A DNA stretch of 55,875 bases from Desulfurococcales archaeon (GTDB lineage: Archaea; Thermoproteota; Thermoprotei_A; Sulfolobales; NBVN01), in the NCBI GenBank assembly GCA_027083115.1, contig JALWQN010000084.1:1-55875 (forward strand), written 5' to 3'. Shown in pieces: positions 1-9,393 of this stretch. The notes beneath the pieces are model-generated. The model saw only the letters and a program-made list of their open reading frames with translations. It did not search any database and was not told where the DNA came from. The position numbers were made by a program, and so were the translations under genes. How positions within the stretch are numbered: the first letter of the stretch is position 1; every line of letters starts with the position of its first letter.

Positions 1-174
1 CTTACCTCCCCACCTACCGGTAACGTCCTTAATCTTCTCCACTATTTTCTTGTCCTTAACATCAGCTATGAGGAAGCCGGATGCCCCGAATGCCCTGGCT
101 GTAAGGCCGACATGAGTGGTTATTCTTTTATCTCTTGCTGGTCTATGACCAAGCCTCAAGACGTAGATAGTCAT
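1..174 (-). CDS. trm56: tRNA (cytidine56-2'-O)-methyltransferase aTrm56, N-terminal 58 codons; the gene runs off the left edge
   Basis: Minus-strand translation from the ATG at 174 gives [58 protein letters not shown]. This matches the conserved [27 protein letters not shown] N-terminus of archaeal SPOUT Trm56 (from memory). ATGA start/stop overlap with hflX. Confidence 0.8.
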   Translation of the reverse strand, partial: MTIYVLRLGHRPARDKRITTHVGLTARAFGASGFLIADVKDKKIVEKIKDVTGRWGGK

Positions 175-1307
175 TCTGCTTGACCTATACTGCTGTACTT
201 AGGTATTTCTTGGGTTTTATTTAGTTGTGTCTTTATTTCCTCAAGAAGCCAATCGAGCCCGTAGCCTTCCTTAGCTGATATCCGAACAACGCTCCATCCC
301 CACAGGTAATTCTTCTCCAGCAAGTCATTAACTGCTAGGGCAGCTGAGATGCCTTTATCCCTTAATCTGTCTACCTTATTAATTACTGCGATCAGGCCTT
401 TACCAACATACCCTATTCTTGAGAGAGTATCGAGCGATGAGTAAACTTTCTCCTTAATTAGGCTTGGGGGCTCTGTTGAATCAACCACAAGAAGTAAGAG
501 GTGCGAGCTAGTTATCTGCTCTAGGGTTGCGCGGAAGGCCTCAATAACTTCATGCGGTAGGTCCTTAATGAAACCAACGGTATCTATGAAAGCCACTTTC
601 CTCCCATCAATTACTCTAACCCCTATCTTTGGTGAGAGAGTAGTGAACATCTCAGGGCCTGTTGGCTTGGATTCTGCAGTAAGTAGGTTAAACAGCGTTG
701 TCTTCCCTGCGTTAGCATAACCTCCTATAGCTATGTGAGGGATCCCCCACTTAAGCCTTCTTTCCCTTTCACGGGCTCTCCTATCTCTTAAGAGAACTAA
801 TTCCCTCCTTATTTTAGCTATCCTCTTCCTGACATGCGTGTAGTAAGTATCTACCGCGTACTTTCCTGGCCCCATAAACCCAGGCAGTTCTCTGAGCTTA
901 GACTTGTTAATCCATTCCTTAATTAGTGGTAAGGAATGAAGCAGTCGAGCCATCTCTATCTGTAGTTTAGCTTCTTTAGATCCTGCATGTATTGCAAAGA
1001 TCTCGAGAATTAACTCAACCTTGTCCTTCACGTTAACCTTTAATTCCTTCATGAGGTTGATCTTGTGCCTCGGTTTAAGGGAATCATATACGTAGAGAGT
1101 GAAGTACTCGGGGTCCTTACCTGAAGTCAGTGCCCGCAATTTCTTTACGGTTCCGGGCCTCAAGTACGTGGATTTATCTGGGGCGAACCACCTGCTTAAC
1201 CTAACAACCTCAATAACTTCTGCCCCTAAGCTCCGGACTAGAGCTAGGGCTTCATCGAGATCCTCGTTATTAGCCACAAGAATAGCTTCCTTTCTCGCCC
1301 AACCCAT
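171..1307 (-). CDS. hflX: GTPase HflX
   Basis: 378 aa. HflX-type N-terminal domain followed by a G domain with G1 [13 protein letters not shown]3 DTVGFI and G4 NKVD. Confidence 0.85.
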   Translation of the reverse strand: MGWARKEAILVANNEDLDEALALVRSLGAEVIEVVRLSRWFAPDKSTYLRPGTVKKLRALTSGKDPEYFTLYVYDSLKPRHKINLMKELKVNVKDKVELILEIFAIHAGSKEAKLQIEMARLLHSLPLIKEWINKSKLRELPGFMGPGKYAVDTYYTHVRKRIAKIRRELVLLRDRRARERERRLKWGIPHIAIGGYANAGKTTLFNLLTAESKPTGPEMFTTLSPKIGVRVIDGRKVAFIDTVGFIKDLPHEVIEAFRATLEQITSSHLLLLVVDSTEPPSLIKEKVYSSLDTLSRIGYVGKGLIAVINKVDRLRDKGISAALAVNDLLEKNYLWGWSVVRISAKEGYGLDWLLEEIKTQLNKTQEIPKYSSIGQAE

Positions 1308-1319
1308 AAAGACAGATCC

Positions 1320-1850
1320 TCACATCTTCTTCCTTCTCCTTATGGAGACTATGTCCCCTAAGGTTAGGTCCTTCCTGAGTCTCCCACCAACATTTAACGG
1401 GTTGCTTAGGTCATCATCAATAACTGGCTCAAGCAACTTAATGTTTAGTACTCCCTCCAACTTCCTCGCTAATTCTATTGTGGGCGTTAATCTGCCGGCC
1501 TCAATCCTCTTAATTACTTTCTCGCTCTCACCTATGGACTCAGCCAGAACCCTCTGAGTCCATCCCAGCCTTTCCCTAGCTTGCCTAATTCTTTCAGCAA
1601 AGTCCTCAACAACCTCCAGCCCTTCAAGCCTTTCTCTCCTAGGCTTGGGTCTTGGTCTGCTTGGGCTTCTTAACGTTGATGGCCTACTCTTGATTTCCTT
1701 GATTTCTTTCCCCACATTTCTCTTAACTACCTTACTGTAGCATTGGGGGCAAAGAAGTAATTTAGCGCCATCTATATAGACTATGTGGGCGTCTTTCCTT
1801 CTAACAGGCCTACCACACATCTCGCAGTAGACTATGTCGTCCTGCCTCAA
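1320..1850 (-). CDS. Archaeal multiprotein bridging factor 1 (aMBF1): N-terminal zinc ribbon plus C-terminal XRE-type HTH
   Basis: Zinc ribbon CEMCGR...CPQCY, then HTH IRQARERLGWTQRVLAESIGESEKVIKRIEAGRLTPTIELARKLE. Confidence 0.8.
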   Translation of the reverse strand: MRQDDIVYCEMCGRPVRRKDAHIVYIDGAKLLLCPQCYSKVVKRNVGKEIKEIKSRPSTLRSPSRPRPKPRRERLEGLEVVEDFAERIRQARERLGWTQRVLAESIGESEKVIKRIEAGRLTPTIELARKLEGVLNIKLLEPVIDDDLSNPLNVGGRLRKDLTLGDIVSIRRRKKM

Positions 1851-1977
1851 ATCTATGACCTACAATAAGGTGTATTCATCCCTTAAATTGATTGATGCGT
1901 TTCAGGGATTACGTAACTTAAAATACCTCTAGTATTTTAGGGTTTTTAGTTAATTAGTAATTAGTGGTGTGAGGTAA

Positions 1978-3171
1978 TTGTCTGGAATTGACTTCAGTAT
2001 TAGGAGGAAGGGAGGGGACGACTACATTAAGTACCTTGAGATGAGGGTTCAGGAGCTTGAGGCTGAAGTCAATTACTTGAGGAATGAAGTCAATTATTAC
2101 AAGAAGGAGATAGAGAAGCTTCTCTCAACACCCTTAATTGAGGGAATAATTATTGAGGTCTTGAAGGATGGCAGGGCGGTAGTTAAGAGCACTACAGGAC
2201 CGAACCTAATAGTTAATGTTTTGGGTTCCGTTAAGGTAGATGTGTTGAGGCCCGGCACTAGGGTAGCCCTCAATCAGAGAGGTTCAACGATTGTTGAGGT
2301 CCTTCCTTCTTCCGAAGACCCCTACGTTAGGGGGATGGAAGTTATTGAGAGGCCTGGCGTAAGGTACAGCGATATCGGGGGTCTAGAGAAACAAATCAGC
2401 GAGTTAAAGGAGGTTGTTGAGTTACCTCTTAAGCACCCAGAACTATTTCGTGAGTTAGGTATTGACCCTCCTAAAGGCGTCTTGCTTTACGGTCCTCCAG
2501 GGTGCGGTAAGACACTACTTGCTAAAGCAGTAGCTGGAGAAACGCAAGCAACCTTCATTAGTTTAGTTGCTTCAGAACTGGCTCAGAAATTCGTTGGTGA
2601 GGGGGCAAGGATCGTTAGGGAATTGTTTAGCTTGGCTAGGAGGAAAGCTCCAGCCATAGTCCTTATTGATGAGATAGATGCTATAGCAGCTAAGAGAATG
2701 GATTTAGGGACAAGTGGTGAGAGGGAAATCCATAGGACATTAACTCAGTTGTTGGCGGAGTTAGATGGCTTCGATCCTTTAGGTAACGTAAAAATTATTG
2801 CCACAACAAATAGGCTAGATATTCTTGATCCGGCTTTGCTGAGGCCAGGGAGGTTCGATAGAATCATTGAGGTTCCCCTACCTAGGCTTGAAGGCAGGAA
2901 GGAAATATTCAAGATCCATACGAGAAGAATGAAGCTCCATAAGGTCGATCTTGAGGAGTTAGCTAAGTTAACTGAAGGATCTACGGGTGCCGACATAAAG
3001 GCTATATGTACTGAGGCCGGTTATTCTGCTATAAGGGCCGGGAGAAAAAGAGTCGTTATGGGTGACTTCCTCTACGCAATAAAGAAAGTGCTCGGGGATA
3101 GGTTCAGGCCATACAGCGATAACGTAGGATTTAAGCCTAAAGAAGGCAGAAGCCTGAATCCGGTGGTTTAG
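1978..3171 (+). CDS. pan: Proteasome-activating nucleotidase (PAN, AAA+ ATPase)
   Basis: 397 aa. Coiled-coil N-terminus ([29 protein letters not shown]), Walker [16 protein letters not shown] and Walker [13 protein letters not shown] start per the ORF track. Confidence 0.9.
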   Translation: MSGIDFSIRRKGGDDYIKYLEMRVQELEAEVNYLRNEVNYYKKEIEKLLSTPLIEGIIIEVLKDGRAVVKSTTGPNLIVNVLGSVKVDVLRPGTRVALNQRGSTIVEVLPSSEDPYVRGMEVIERPGVRYSDIGGLEKQISELKEVVELPLKHPELFRELGIDPPKGVLLYGPPGCGKTLLAKAVAGETQATFISLVASELAQKFVGEGARIVRELFSLARRKAPAIVLIDEIDAIAAKRMDLGTSGEREIHRTLTQLLAELDGFDPLGNVKIIATTNRLDILDPALLRPGRFDRIIEVPLPRLEGRKEIFKIHTRRMKLHKVDLEELAKLTEGSTGADIKAICTEAGYSAIRAGRKRVVMGDFLYAIKKVLGDRFRPYSDNVGFKPKEGRSLNPVV

Positions 3172-3174
3172 CGG

Positions 3175-3675
3175 ATGTATAAGGTGAGGCCAGCAAGCAA
3201 GGATGAGCTACTCTTTCTTAGAGAAATAGCTAATTACCAGTTCAGGTCACACATAGGTCCCTCAATATTTCCTGAGGGGGTGCTCCTGAAGATATCTAGG
3301 AACACCGGTAAAATTAGGGAGGTATTAGCTCCTGACGGCACCTCAATAGCAACTGTTCGTGCCTCCACATACACTTTCAGCTTAAGACTAGGCACTGCAT
3401 CTAAGATACTTAAGTTACTCCCTCCCCCTAAATTAAGGGCTGTCGTTGCTGATGAAGTCTCTAGGGACTTGCTTGAGAACAGATCGACAGTATTCTCCAG
3501 GCACATCCTTCGCTTAGACGAGGATTTAAGGGCTGGTGATGAAGTGATCATTACTGACGAGGAAGATAACCTCTTGTGTGTGGGTAGGTTACTTCTCTCT
3601 CCCTTCGAGGTAATCCACTTTATAAGGGGAGGGGCAATAAAGGTTAAAGAGTGTGTTGAGAATGGTGGTGGCTGA
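3175..3675 (+). CDS. Stand-alone ArcTGT C-terminal-like (C2 + PUA) domain protein
   Basis: 166 aa. The C-terminal part LRAVVADEVSRDLLENRSTVFSRHILRLDEDLRAGDEVIITDEEDNLLCVGRLLLSPFEVIHFIRGGAIKVKE resembles the PUA domain at the C-terminus of full-length archaeosine TGT. A PUA-less tgtA gene lies about 700 bp away. Confidence 0.65.
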   Translation: MYKVRPASKDELLFLREIANYQFRSHIGPSIFPEGVLLKISRNTGKIREVLAPDGTSIATVRASTYTFSLRLGTASKILKLLPPPKLRAVVADEVSRDLLENRSTVFSRHILRLDEDLRAGDEVIITDEEDNLLCVGRLLLSPFEVIHFIRGGAIKVKECVENGGG

Positions 3676-4390
3676 AGTCGTAGTTTATGATGAGTTTAAG
3701 GACGAACTTATGGGAGGGGGCTGGACATTAATAACTGGTTTCCCCGGCTTCGGTTACGTAGGAACTATAGCTACTCGCTACTTAGTTAATAAGCTCAATG
3801 CCATAAAAGTAGGTGACGTAATAACTAAATACATGCCTGACTTCACGGCTTTTGAGGATTACGGACTAATGACTCCCTACGAAATCTTTATCCATAGGGA
3901 GAAGAGGCTGCTCATATTAATTAATAATACATTACCGCAGCCTCCCGAGAGAGTCGCTTACTCCGTTAAGTTCGTCGACTGGTTCATTAAGGTAGGGGGC
4001 TTAAGAGCCATACTTGCTGGGGGCTTAAACCAGAAGTTCAAGGAGAAGGACGAGGAGTTCAGGTGGGCATGCGTTAACGAATGCGGTTGGGAGTTTAAGG
4101 AGCCTAAAATAAGTAAGGGCTTATATATCGTCGGGCCCTTAGCCACGTTATTCTCTATACTTAACTTAAGGAAGGTTCCTACACTGTTGTTATTCCCCTA
4201 CACAGAGCCAAGCAGGTACGATCCGGCGGCGGCGGCAGTGTTTGTTAAGAAAGTGAGTAGAGTTCTTGGCCTAAACATAGATATTAATGACTTAATTCAG
4301 TACGGTAAGTTAGTGGCTGAGGCTGAGGCACAGCTGGAAGAAACCCTAAAGAAAGTTAAGGAGGAGAAAGGACCTAAGCCATATATGTAG
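3653..4390 (+). CDS. PAC2-family proteasome assembly chaperone-like protein
   Basis: N-terminal GFPGFGYVGTIATRYLV motif typical of the PAC2/DUF75 family. The real start may be the ATG at 3662. Overlaps the end of the preceding gene and follows PAN. Confidence 0.6.
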   Translation: MLRMVVAEVVVYDEFKDELMGGGWTLITGFPGFGYVGTIATRYLVNKLNAIKVGDVITKYMPDFTAFEDYGLMTPYEIFIHREKRLLILINNTLPQPPERVAYSVKFVDWFIKVGGLRAILAGGLNQKFKEKDEEFRWACVNECGWEFKEPKISKGLYIVGPLATLFSILNLRKVPTLLLFPYTEPSRYDPAAAAVFVKKVSRVLGLNIDINDLIQYGKLVAEAEAQLEETLKKVKEEKGPKPYM

Positions 4391-4393
4391 GGT

Positions 4394-5965
4394 TCACTTA
4401 CACATCTCCCTAAACTTCACTTTATCCCTCTCCAACACCTTGACGATGCTTTCCTTAGCCCACGGTATTTTACCGCAAGAAAGAACTAAGACCTTCCCTC
4501 CCTCGCTAATTACTTTAGAAATCATGAGTGAGAGGTTCCTAAACATATTCATAACTAACTCTGCCTCAGGAGTTTGTGGTGCCTCAAACTGCCCGTAAGG
4601 GTATGTTTGATCTAGCCCTAACGGAATATAGTTAAAGAAAGGAAGATAGAAGAAGACAGCATCCCCGGGCTTAATGATTCCTTCCTTAATAGCCTCCTTA
4701 AATATTCTGGAGTTCCTGAAGGGTTTCTCGTTGAGAGATGCGGGAACGAGAACTACTTTCTTGAGGGGTTCACTACGTTCCTTAAGTAGCTCCTTAGTTA
4801 AGTAGGCCCTATGCCTAAGCAGTTCGGGCCTGAAGTAAGAAGTCGCATCAAAAAGAAATAGTCCCTTAGCCCTCCCCTTATATCTGGGGTCGAACTTCTC
4901 TATCCAACCCACATACTTAATGAATTCATTGAATGCCTCCCTAACTGAGGGATGGCTTCTAGCTCTCTCCTCAATGAGTTCCCAAAGCCTTCCCTCCCTA
5001 ATCGATTCCTTAATGATTCTTAATTCCCTATTAATTACGTGTAAGTTATGAATAGCTATTAATTTAGTTCTCTCAGCCTTATCCATCTCCAGTAACTCCT
5101 TCACCGTGTATTTACTGCATACTTCACACTCGCATGGGAGGTAACTTAGGTCATTAATTCTGTAAGTTCCTCTTCCAGTAATGTATCTACCTTCCCTAGC
5201 GTAAAGGATGTAGGAAGCTGAATCGAAGGAATCGACGCCTAAAGCCACCAGCAAAGGCATTATTAGTGGGTGTCCGCCACCAAATAAATGCACGGGCTTA
5301 TCCGGCGGGAGGATCATTTTTGCTGCAGCAACCATCCGGACAATTTTCCAGAACTCATATTTCTCCAATACCGTGACAGGTGATCCGATTGCATACATTC
5401 CGTAACCCTCTATGTTTTTGGCTTCCTCAGCAGATAATTCGACTAGGTCATAATGCACACCTCCCTGAATAGGGAGGACCCAGAGGATATCGGTATTCCT
5501 TATTAGTGGCTGAACTAACTTAGCTCTCCTTAAGGTTTCCGTAACGCTCTCTTTAGCCTCCTCCCAACTGGAATCGTCTTTCGTAGGGATGTCAGCAATT
5601 ACGGCAATGTCGGGGTTTAGAAGCTTCTCATACTCAACAATCTCTTCAGGGTCTATAGTCACCTTATTTCTGCCGTACATCAGTAATTGATAGGCGCCGG
5701 AGTCGGTCATTATGACTCCGTCAAAACCAACTAATTCCCGAACGCCTCCTTCATCAATATTTTTCCCTAAACGCTGCATTATTATGTATGCATTAGTGAT
5801 TAGTTGATTAAACCCTATCTCCTTAATTTTGTTTGGTGGTACCTCATCCCCTCTCCTGAAGGGATTAATTACTGGGAAGAAAGTGGGTGTCTCCAAAGTC
5901 CCAGACTTAGTCGCTAACTTACCTATCCTTCCAGCTAATTCCTTATCCTTTATTTCAAAAGACAA
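4394..5965 (-). CDS. tgtA: tRNA-guanine(15) transglycosylase (archaeosine TGT), apparently without a PUA domain
   Basis: 523 aa. TGT TIM-barrel motifs LETPTFFPVIN, MTDSGAYQL and Zn site CECEVC. Shorter than full-length ArcTGT. Confidence 0.85.
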   Translation of the reverse strand: MSFEIKDKELAGRIGKLATKSGTLETPTFFPVINPFRRGDEVPPNKIKEIGFNQLITNAYIIMQRLGKNIDEGGVRELVGFDGVIMTDSGAYQLLMYGRNKVTIDPEEIVEYEKLLNPDIAVIADIPTKDDSSWEEAKESVTETLRRAKLVQPLIRNTDILWVLPIQGGVHYDLVELSAEEAKNIEGYGMYAIGSPVTVLEKYEFWKIVRMVAAAKMILPPDKPVHLFGGGHPLIMPLLVALGVDSFDSASYILYAREGRYITGRGTYRINDLSYLPCECEVCSKYTVKELLEMDKAERTKLIAIHNLHVINRELRIIKESIREGRLWELIEERARSHPSVREAFNEFIKYVGWIEKFDPRYKGRAKGLFLFDATSYFRPELLRHRAYLTKELLKERSEPLKKVVLVPASLNEKPFRNSRIFKEAIKEGIIKPGDAVFFYLPFFNYIPLGLDQTYPYGQFEAPQTPEAELVMNMFRNLSLMISKVISEGGKVLVLSCGKIPWAKESIVKVLERDKVKFREMCK

Positions 5966-6033
5966 TAACTATCCCTCATAACCGAAACTCCTTAAAAAGA
6001 TTAGGTCTTAAGTTTCGTGGCTTAAGAGGTAAG

Positions 6034-6480
6034 TTACTTCTTCCTTGACTCCATGTATTCTTCCCATAAACTGTAGAGTTTACTAGCCATCCCTCCAGAA
6101 CCCTCAACACCGTTTTCAGTAATCTTGTATCTGTCATAAACCAGTACTGTCTTAGCTTCCTTTAATACCCTCACTGTGCCGGGCGGTAGGCTTAGCTTCG
6201 TCGAAATAAATTCGGCGAATTCCTCCGGGTCGAACTTAGGTCTCTGCACAGATATTATCTCACTTATTCTGCCACCATTTATGAATACCTTATAGTACTT
6301 CTCTCCAGACGAGGATTTTGCGTCCTCCAATATCATGTGTAGGGTGAAGCGATCGCCAATATCTATGCCTATAAGCTTACCTACGTAGGTTGTCCCATCA
6401 ACTAACTTCACAGTAACAATATTTCCAACAAGGCTGGCAAGCTCCGTGATTAAATTCCTTATAGCGGCCTGTACACTCAT
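6034..6480 (-). CDS. Sm-like archaeal protein with a C-terminal extension (SmAP3-like)
   Basis: N-terminal Sm fold (VTVKLVDGTTYVGKLIGIDIGDRFTLHMILEDA...VFINGGRISEI) followed by about 70 extra residues. Confidence 0.6.
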   Translation of the reverse strand: MSVQAAIRNLITELASLVGNIVTVKLVDGTTYVGKLIGIDIGDRFTLHMILEDAKSSSGEKYYKVFINGGRISEIISVQRPKFDPEEFAEFISTKLSLPPGTVRVLKEAKTVLVYDRYKITENGVEGSGGMASKLYSLWEEYMESRKK

Positions 6481-6929
6481 GTCTTAGACCTATCCCTCAA
6501 TTCGGTTATTTAAATTTAAATGTTAAGGAATTGTATGCTTAAATATTGTGAAAATAAGTAAACGAACTAGTTATATTTGAATGCCTACTTACTGAAGGGA
6601 AGTGGGTTTTTGATTATTCTTTTTGCTTTTTTGTATGCTTTAGCTATTTTCTGTGCTTTTGAGGTTAAGTCACCTGTTTTTACTGATTTGACTGCCTTAG
6701 CTGTTCTGTATGCTGTTGTGACCTTAACACTTCTTGTTCATGAAAATCCTCCATATAATGAGGGTGTATTACAATAAACATTTTACTTTTTTAAATAATT
6801 TTTATTAAATGTTTAATGCTTATCTAAGTTATATGCGTAATACCTTTACTTTTTCAATAGTATAAGAGTGCATTAATAACATAATATTTATGGTTTAGAC
6901 TCAATTATCAAATAGAGCTTTCTAAGCAC

Positions 6930-7331
6930 TTAGTTTTTAGGTGTTAATTTAGATACCTTAAAATACACTTTATCCATTATTGAGAAGGACTGCAGAATGT
7001 CTTCCTTAGATTCTAAAACAAGTAAGTACCCCCAGAGAGATATCAGCAATTTAGTAACTGTTTCCTTAGCTTTGTTTATCGCTTTCTTCTTGCTCATGAC
7101 GTACCCCCAAAGAACTATGTCAGTGCCTTCCTTGAATTCAGGCTTCTCACGAGTTAAGGATACCTTGACTTTATCGCCCACCCTTAAGTCATTAAGTAAT
7201 TCTTCATGGAGGTCAAACCTTGCGGTCAGCCCATCAAACTCCGCAGTAATTATCACTATTCGAGGTAGTTTTGACCTCTCTATTTGTTTTATCTTGCCTT
7301 CCCCCTCAATCACTCCTTCTTCCACACGCAT
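6930..7331 (-). CDS. rpo8: DNA-directed RNA polymerase subunit Rpo8 (RpoG)
   Basis: 133 aa. IKQIERSKLPRIVIITAEFDGLTARFDL, ISLWGYLLVLESKED and SIMDKVYFKVSK line up with Sulfolobus RpoG as recalled from memory (INSIERGSLKNLSII.., ISLFGLLVKIISNKE, NIMDHIYFCVKK). Confidence 0.75.
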   Translation of the reverse strand: MRVEEGVIEGEGKIKQIERSKLPRIVIITAEFDGLTARFDLHEELLNDLRVGDKVKVSLTREKPEFKEGTDIVLWGYVMSKKKAINKAKETVTKLLISLWGYLLVLESKEDILQSFSIMDKVYFKVSKLTPKN

Positions 7332-7378
7332 TTTTGACCCATTTTTATGGGGTGAAACACTTTTAAAAGTAAATACTT

Positions 7379-7687
7379 TTGGGAGAGCGCTTGCTGCTAA
7401 CTAAGGAATACGTTAGAGTCTGCTACGGACTATACTCCAGAATCCCTCACACAACATTAGACATTATGCCTTTAGTTAAGGCCTTCCTTCATGCATGCAG
7501 GAACTCAAGAATTGTTTTGAGGGTGGAGGCAGGATCAAGCATATATAACACCGTAATAGAGTTCAGGAGCCCTAAGGGTGAATTCAGCTACTGCAGTAAA
7601 GTTATTGAGGCATTAATTGCTGCGGAATTAGGTGATGAAGTAAGTTACTCTAGGGTCTCATGCAGAGAAAATTTTCGCGTCCTTTGA
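7379..7687 (+). CDS. Hypothetical protein; possibly the N-terminal module of the downstream HerA-like ATPase
   Basis: 102-aa ORF ending 28 nt inside the next ORF. The TATA-like TTTTAAAAG at about 7359-7367 suggests a leaderless start at the in-frame TTG at 7391. See the frameshift finding. Confidence 0.4.
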   Translation: MGERLLLTKEYVRVCYGLYSRIPHTTLDIMPLVKAFLHACRNSRIVLRVEAGSSIYNTVIEFRSPKGEFSYCSKVIEALIAAELGDEVSYSRVSCRENFRVL

Positions 7688-8739
7688 AGTCAATACTTAC
7701 CCGGAGATTCCCTCCCGAAATTAAGGCCCCCATTAATCCCGTGTATGGGGAACCGATCAAGAAGATCTATTTGGGGGAAACCTATCATGGACCAACCCAG
7801 CCCCTCTTCGTTCCTTATAGTTCTTTCCTGAGGCATGCCTTAATCGTTGGGAGCACGGGTTCAGGAAAAACAACAACAGCATCAAGAATAGCTACGGAGC
7901 TCTCTAAATACAGTAAAGTAATAGTGGTTGACTGGAACGGCGAGTACTTAGGGCTCCTTAACTCAGGCATTCACTACAGGGTATCTTCCTCAAATCCAGT
8001 ACCCATAGTTGGTGATGATGTTGAGGAGGTAGTTAATGTTTTTGAGGAGGTCCTGTCATTAACACCTCCTCAAGCCTTCATTCTTGAGAAGGCCTTAGGG
8101 AATAGAGTGCCTGAGAGCTTAACTGAAGTTCTTGATAGGATTGAGGAAAGCGTTGAGGATTCAAGGTGGTTTCTCGAATCCAAACTATCTTTACTGAGGA
8201 AGTTAAGCACGATCAGTAAGCCAAAATACGCCAAAGTTTTTGAGAGGAGAGGAGTAAGTAGGTTCCTTAAGTTACTGGTTTCTAGTGAAGGCCCGATGAT
8301 AGCGGACGTTTCATCACTTAGTGACTCGACAGCAAGGAAGCTGGCTTCACTATTTGTTCTAAAGCTTGCGGAGTACCTTAAATTAAGGAGGTTAGTGAAG
8401 AACGACCTTCATCTGGTGGTTGATGAGGTTCATAATTTGATTGGGATGAATGAGGGGTTCCTATCCAGGCTTCATGCTGAAGTAAGGAAATTAGGTATTG
8501 GGTTAGTAATAATAACTCAATCACCATCGATAATCAGTAAAGGCATTCTCACAAACACAAACATTAAGGTGGTGCATACCCTTAAATCAAGGGAAGACAT
8601 AGAATTGATCTCAAGATCTTTAGGGCTCTACCAGTATGATGTAGCTAACTTAATTGCGAGGCTTGAGGTTGGTGAGGCACTAATAGATTATACAGGATTA
8701 ACTAAGCCAGCATTGGTTAGGATTGAACCACCTACCTGA
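7660..8739 (+). CDS. HerA/FtsK-like P-loop ATPase (DUF87 family)
   Basis: Walker A VGSTGSGKTTTASRIA, VIVVDWNGEY, Walker B LHLVVDEVHNL, and ITQSPSIISKGILTNTNIKVVHTLKSREDIELI. This is the typical DUF87/HerA ATPase core, but there is no HAS-barrel-sized region in the same ORF. Confidence 0.7.
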   Translation: MQRKFSRPLKSILTRRFPPEIKAPINPVYGEPIKKIYLGETYHGPTQPLFVPYSSFLRHALIVGSTGSGKTTTASRIATELSKYSKVIVVDWNGEYLGLLNSGIHYRVSSSNPVPIVGDDVEEVVNVFEEVLSLTPPQAFILEKALGNRVPESLTEVLDRIEESVEDSRWFLESKLSLLRKLSTISKPKYAKVFERRGVSRFLKLLVSSEGPMIADVSSLSDSTARKLASLFVLKLAEYLKLRRLVKNDLHLVVDEVHNLIGMNEGFLSRLHAEVRKLGIGLVIITQSPSIISKGILTNTNIKVVHTLKSREDIELISRSLGLYQYDVANLIARLEVGEALIDYTGLTKPALVRIEPPT

Positions 8740-9298
8740 GAACTAATTTAAGAACATCTTCAGGTATCTTTGCCGAAAGCCAATCCACCCAAACCCGGCA
8801 CTCAACCCTAAGATTAAGGACGTCAAGTATCTCCTGAACTACCTCCACAACCTTTTTCCCTGTAGTATCTATCTCGCAAACCTTTCCTGGATGAAGGCTT
8901 AATGCGTTGTAGGTGCATGTACCAACTAATTCTGCCTCCAGGTTCTCCTTTATTTTATGGTTAGGATAGTTTCTTGATCTAAGTCTCTTCAAAAGGATTC
9001 TGGGGTTCAATCTAAGCACAAAAATCTTTTTCACTAAGTCATCATAAATAATTTCTCCGTAGTGGCTATCGACAACTAATTTTTTCCTTGATTTGATCAA
9101 TTCCCTTAAGTACTTCCTCAGAAGCTCCTCGTCAATAATGAGCGTTCCCCTTTCTTTGTCTTCTGCCTTAATGAATCCCTCATTAGTAGCTACTTCCGTC
9201 AAGCTAACATAGGTCCAGCCGAGCCTCTGGGAGAGTTGTTTAGCTACTGAGGTTTTTCCTGTTCCTGGAGTTCCTGAAATAACTATGGCTTCATACAT
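8732..9298 (-). CDS. Adenylate kinase isoenzyme 6 / Fap7-type NTPase (small-subunit ribosome biogenesis)
   Basis: P-loop ISGTPGTGKTSVAKQLSQRLGW directly after MYEAIV. I place the start at the ATG at 9298. The ORF-track start at 9349 adds 17 hydrophobic residues with no homology logic. Confidence 0.7.
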   Translation of the reverse strand: MYEAIVISGTPGTGKTSVAKQLSQRLGWTYVSLTEVATNEGFIKAEDKERGTLIIDEELLRKYLRELIKSRKKLVVDSHYGEIIYDDLVKKIFVLRLNPRILLKRLRSRNYPNHKIKENLEAELVGTCTYNALSLHPGKVCEIDTTGKKVVEVVQEILDVLNLRVECRVWVDWLSAKIPEDVLKLVLR

Positions 9299-9393
9299 AA
9301 CAAATACCGTTATTAAGCACAGAATAAATACGTATGTTATTAAAAACAAAAGTAGTGGTGAATTAATTACGTGTTAAACGCTAATTAATTCCT

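Noticed and set aside
1099-1557. Other long antisense or out-of-frame ORFs in the track (for example 1099..1557, 2745..2996, 3234..3551, 6997..7404, 9410..9610, 10706..11005, 14459..14752, 18021..18278, 22959..23231, 30606..31198, 42195..42416, 42588..42827, 51694..51924, 52628..52954, 54199..54537)
   Set aside because: Each lies opposite or out of frame within a gene that has strong family signatures. The translations are low-complexity (S/L/T/P-rich) and lack SD-start geometry.
6481-6929. Replication origin hypothesis for the AT-rich gap
   Set aside because: There is no adjacent orc1/cdc6 or whiP gene, and I could not find ORB or mini-ORB-like GC-containing inverted repeats. The near-palindromes present (for example TAAATATTGTG and CATAATATTTA) are what one expects by chance in ~70% AT DNA. 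It is kept only as a low-interest unexplained region.
7727-7750. Hairpin CCCCAT-N11-ATGGGG downstream of the slippery heptamer, considered as a frameshift stimulator
   Set aside because: It starts about 53 nt after the heptamer, far beyond the usual 5-9 nt spacer, and the closer GGAG/CTCC pairing is only 4 bp. No convincing stimulatory structure can be claimed from the sequence.
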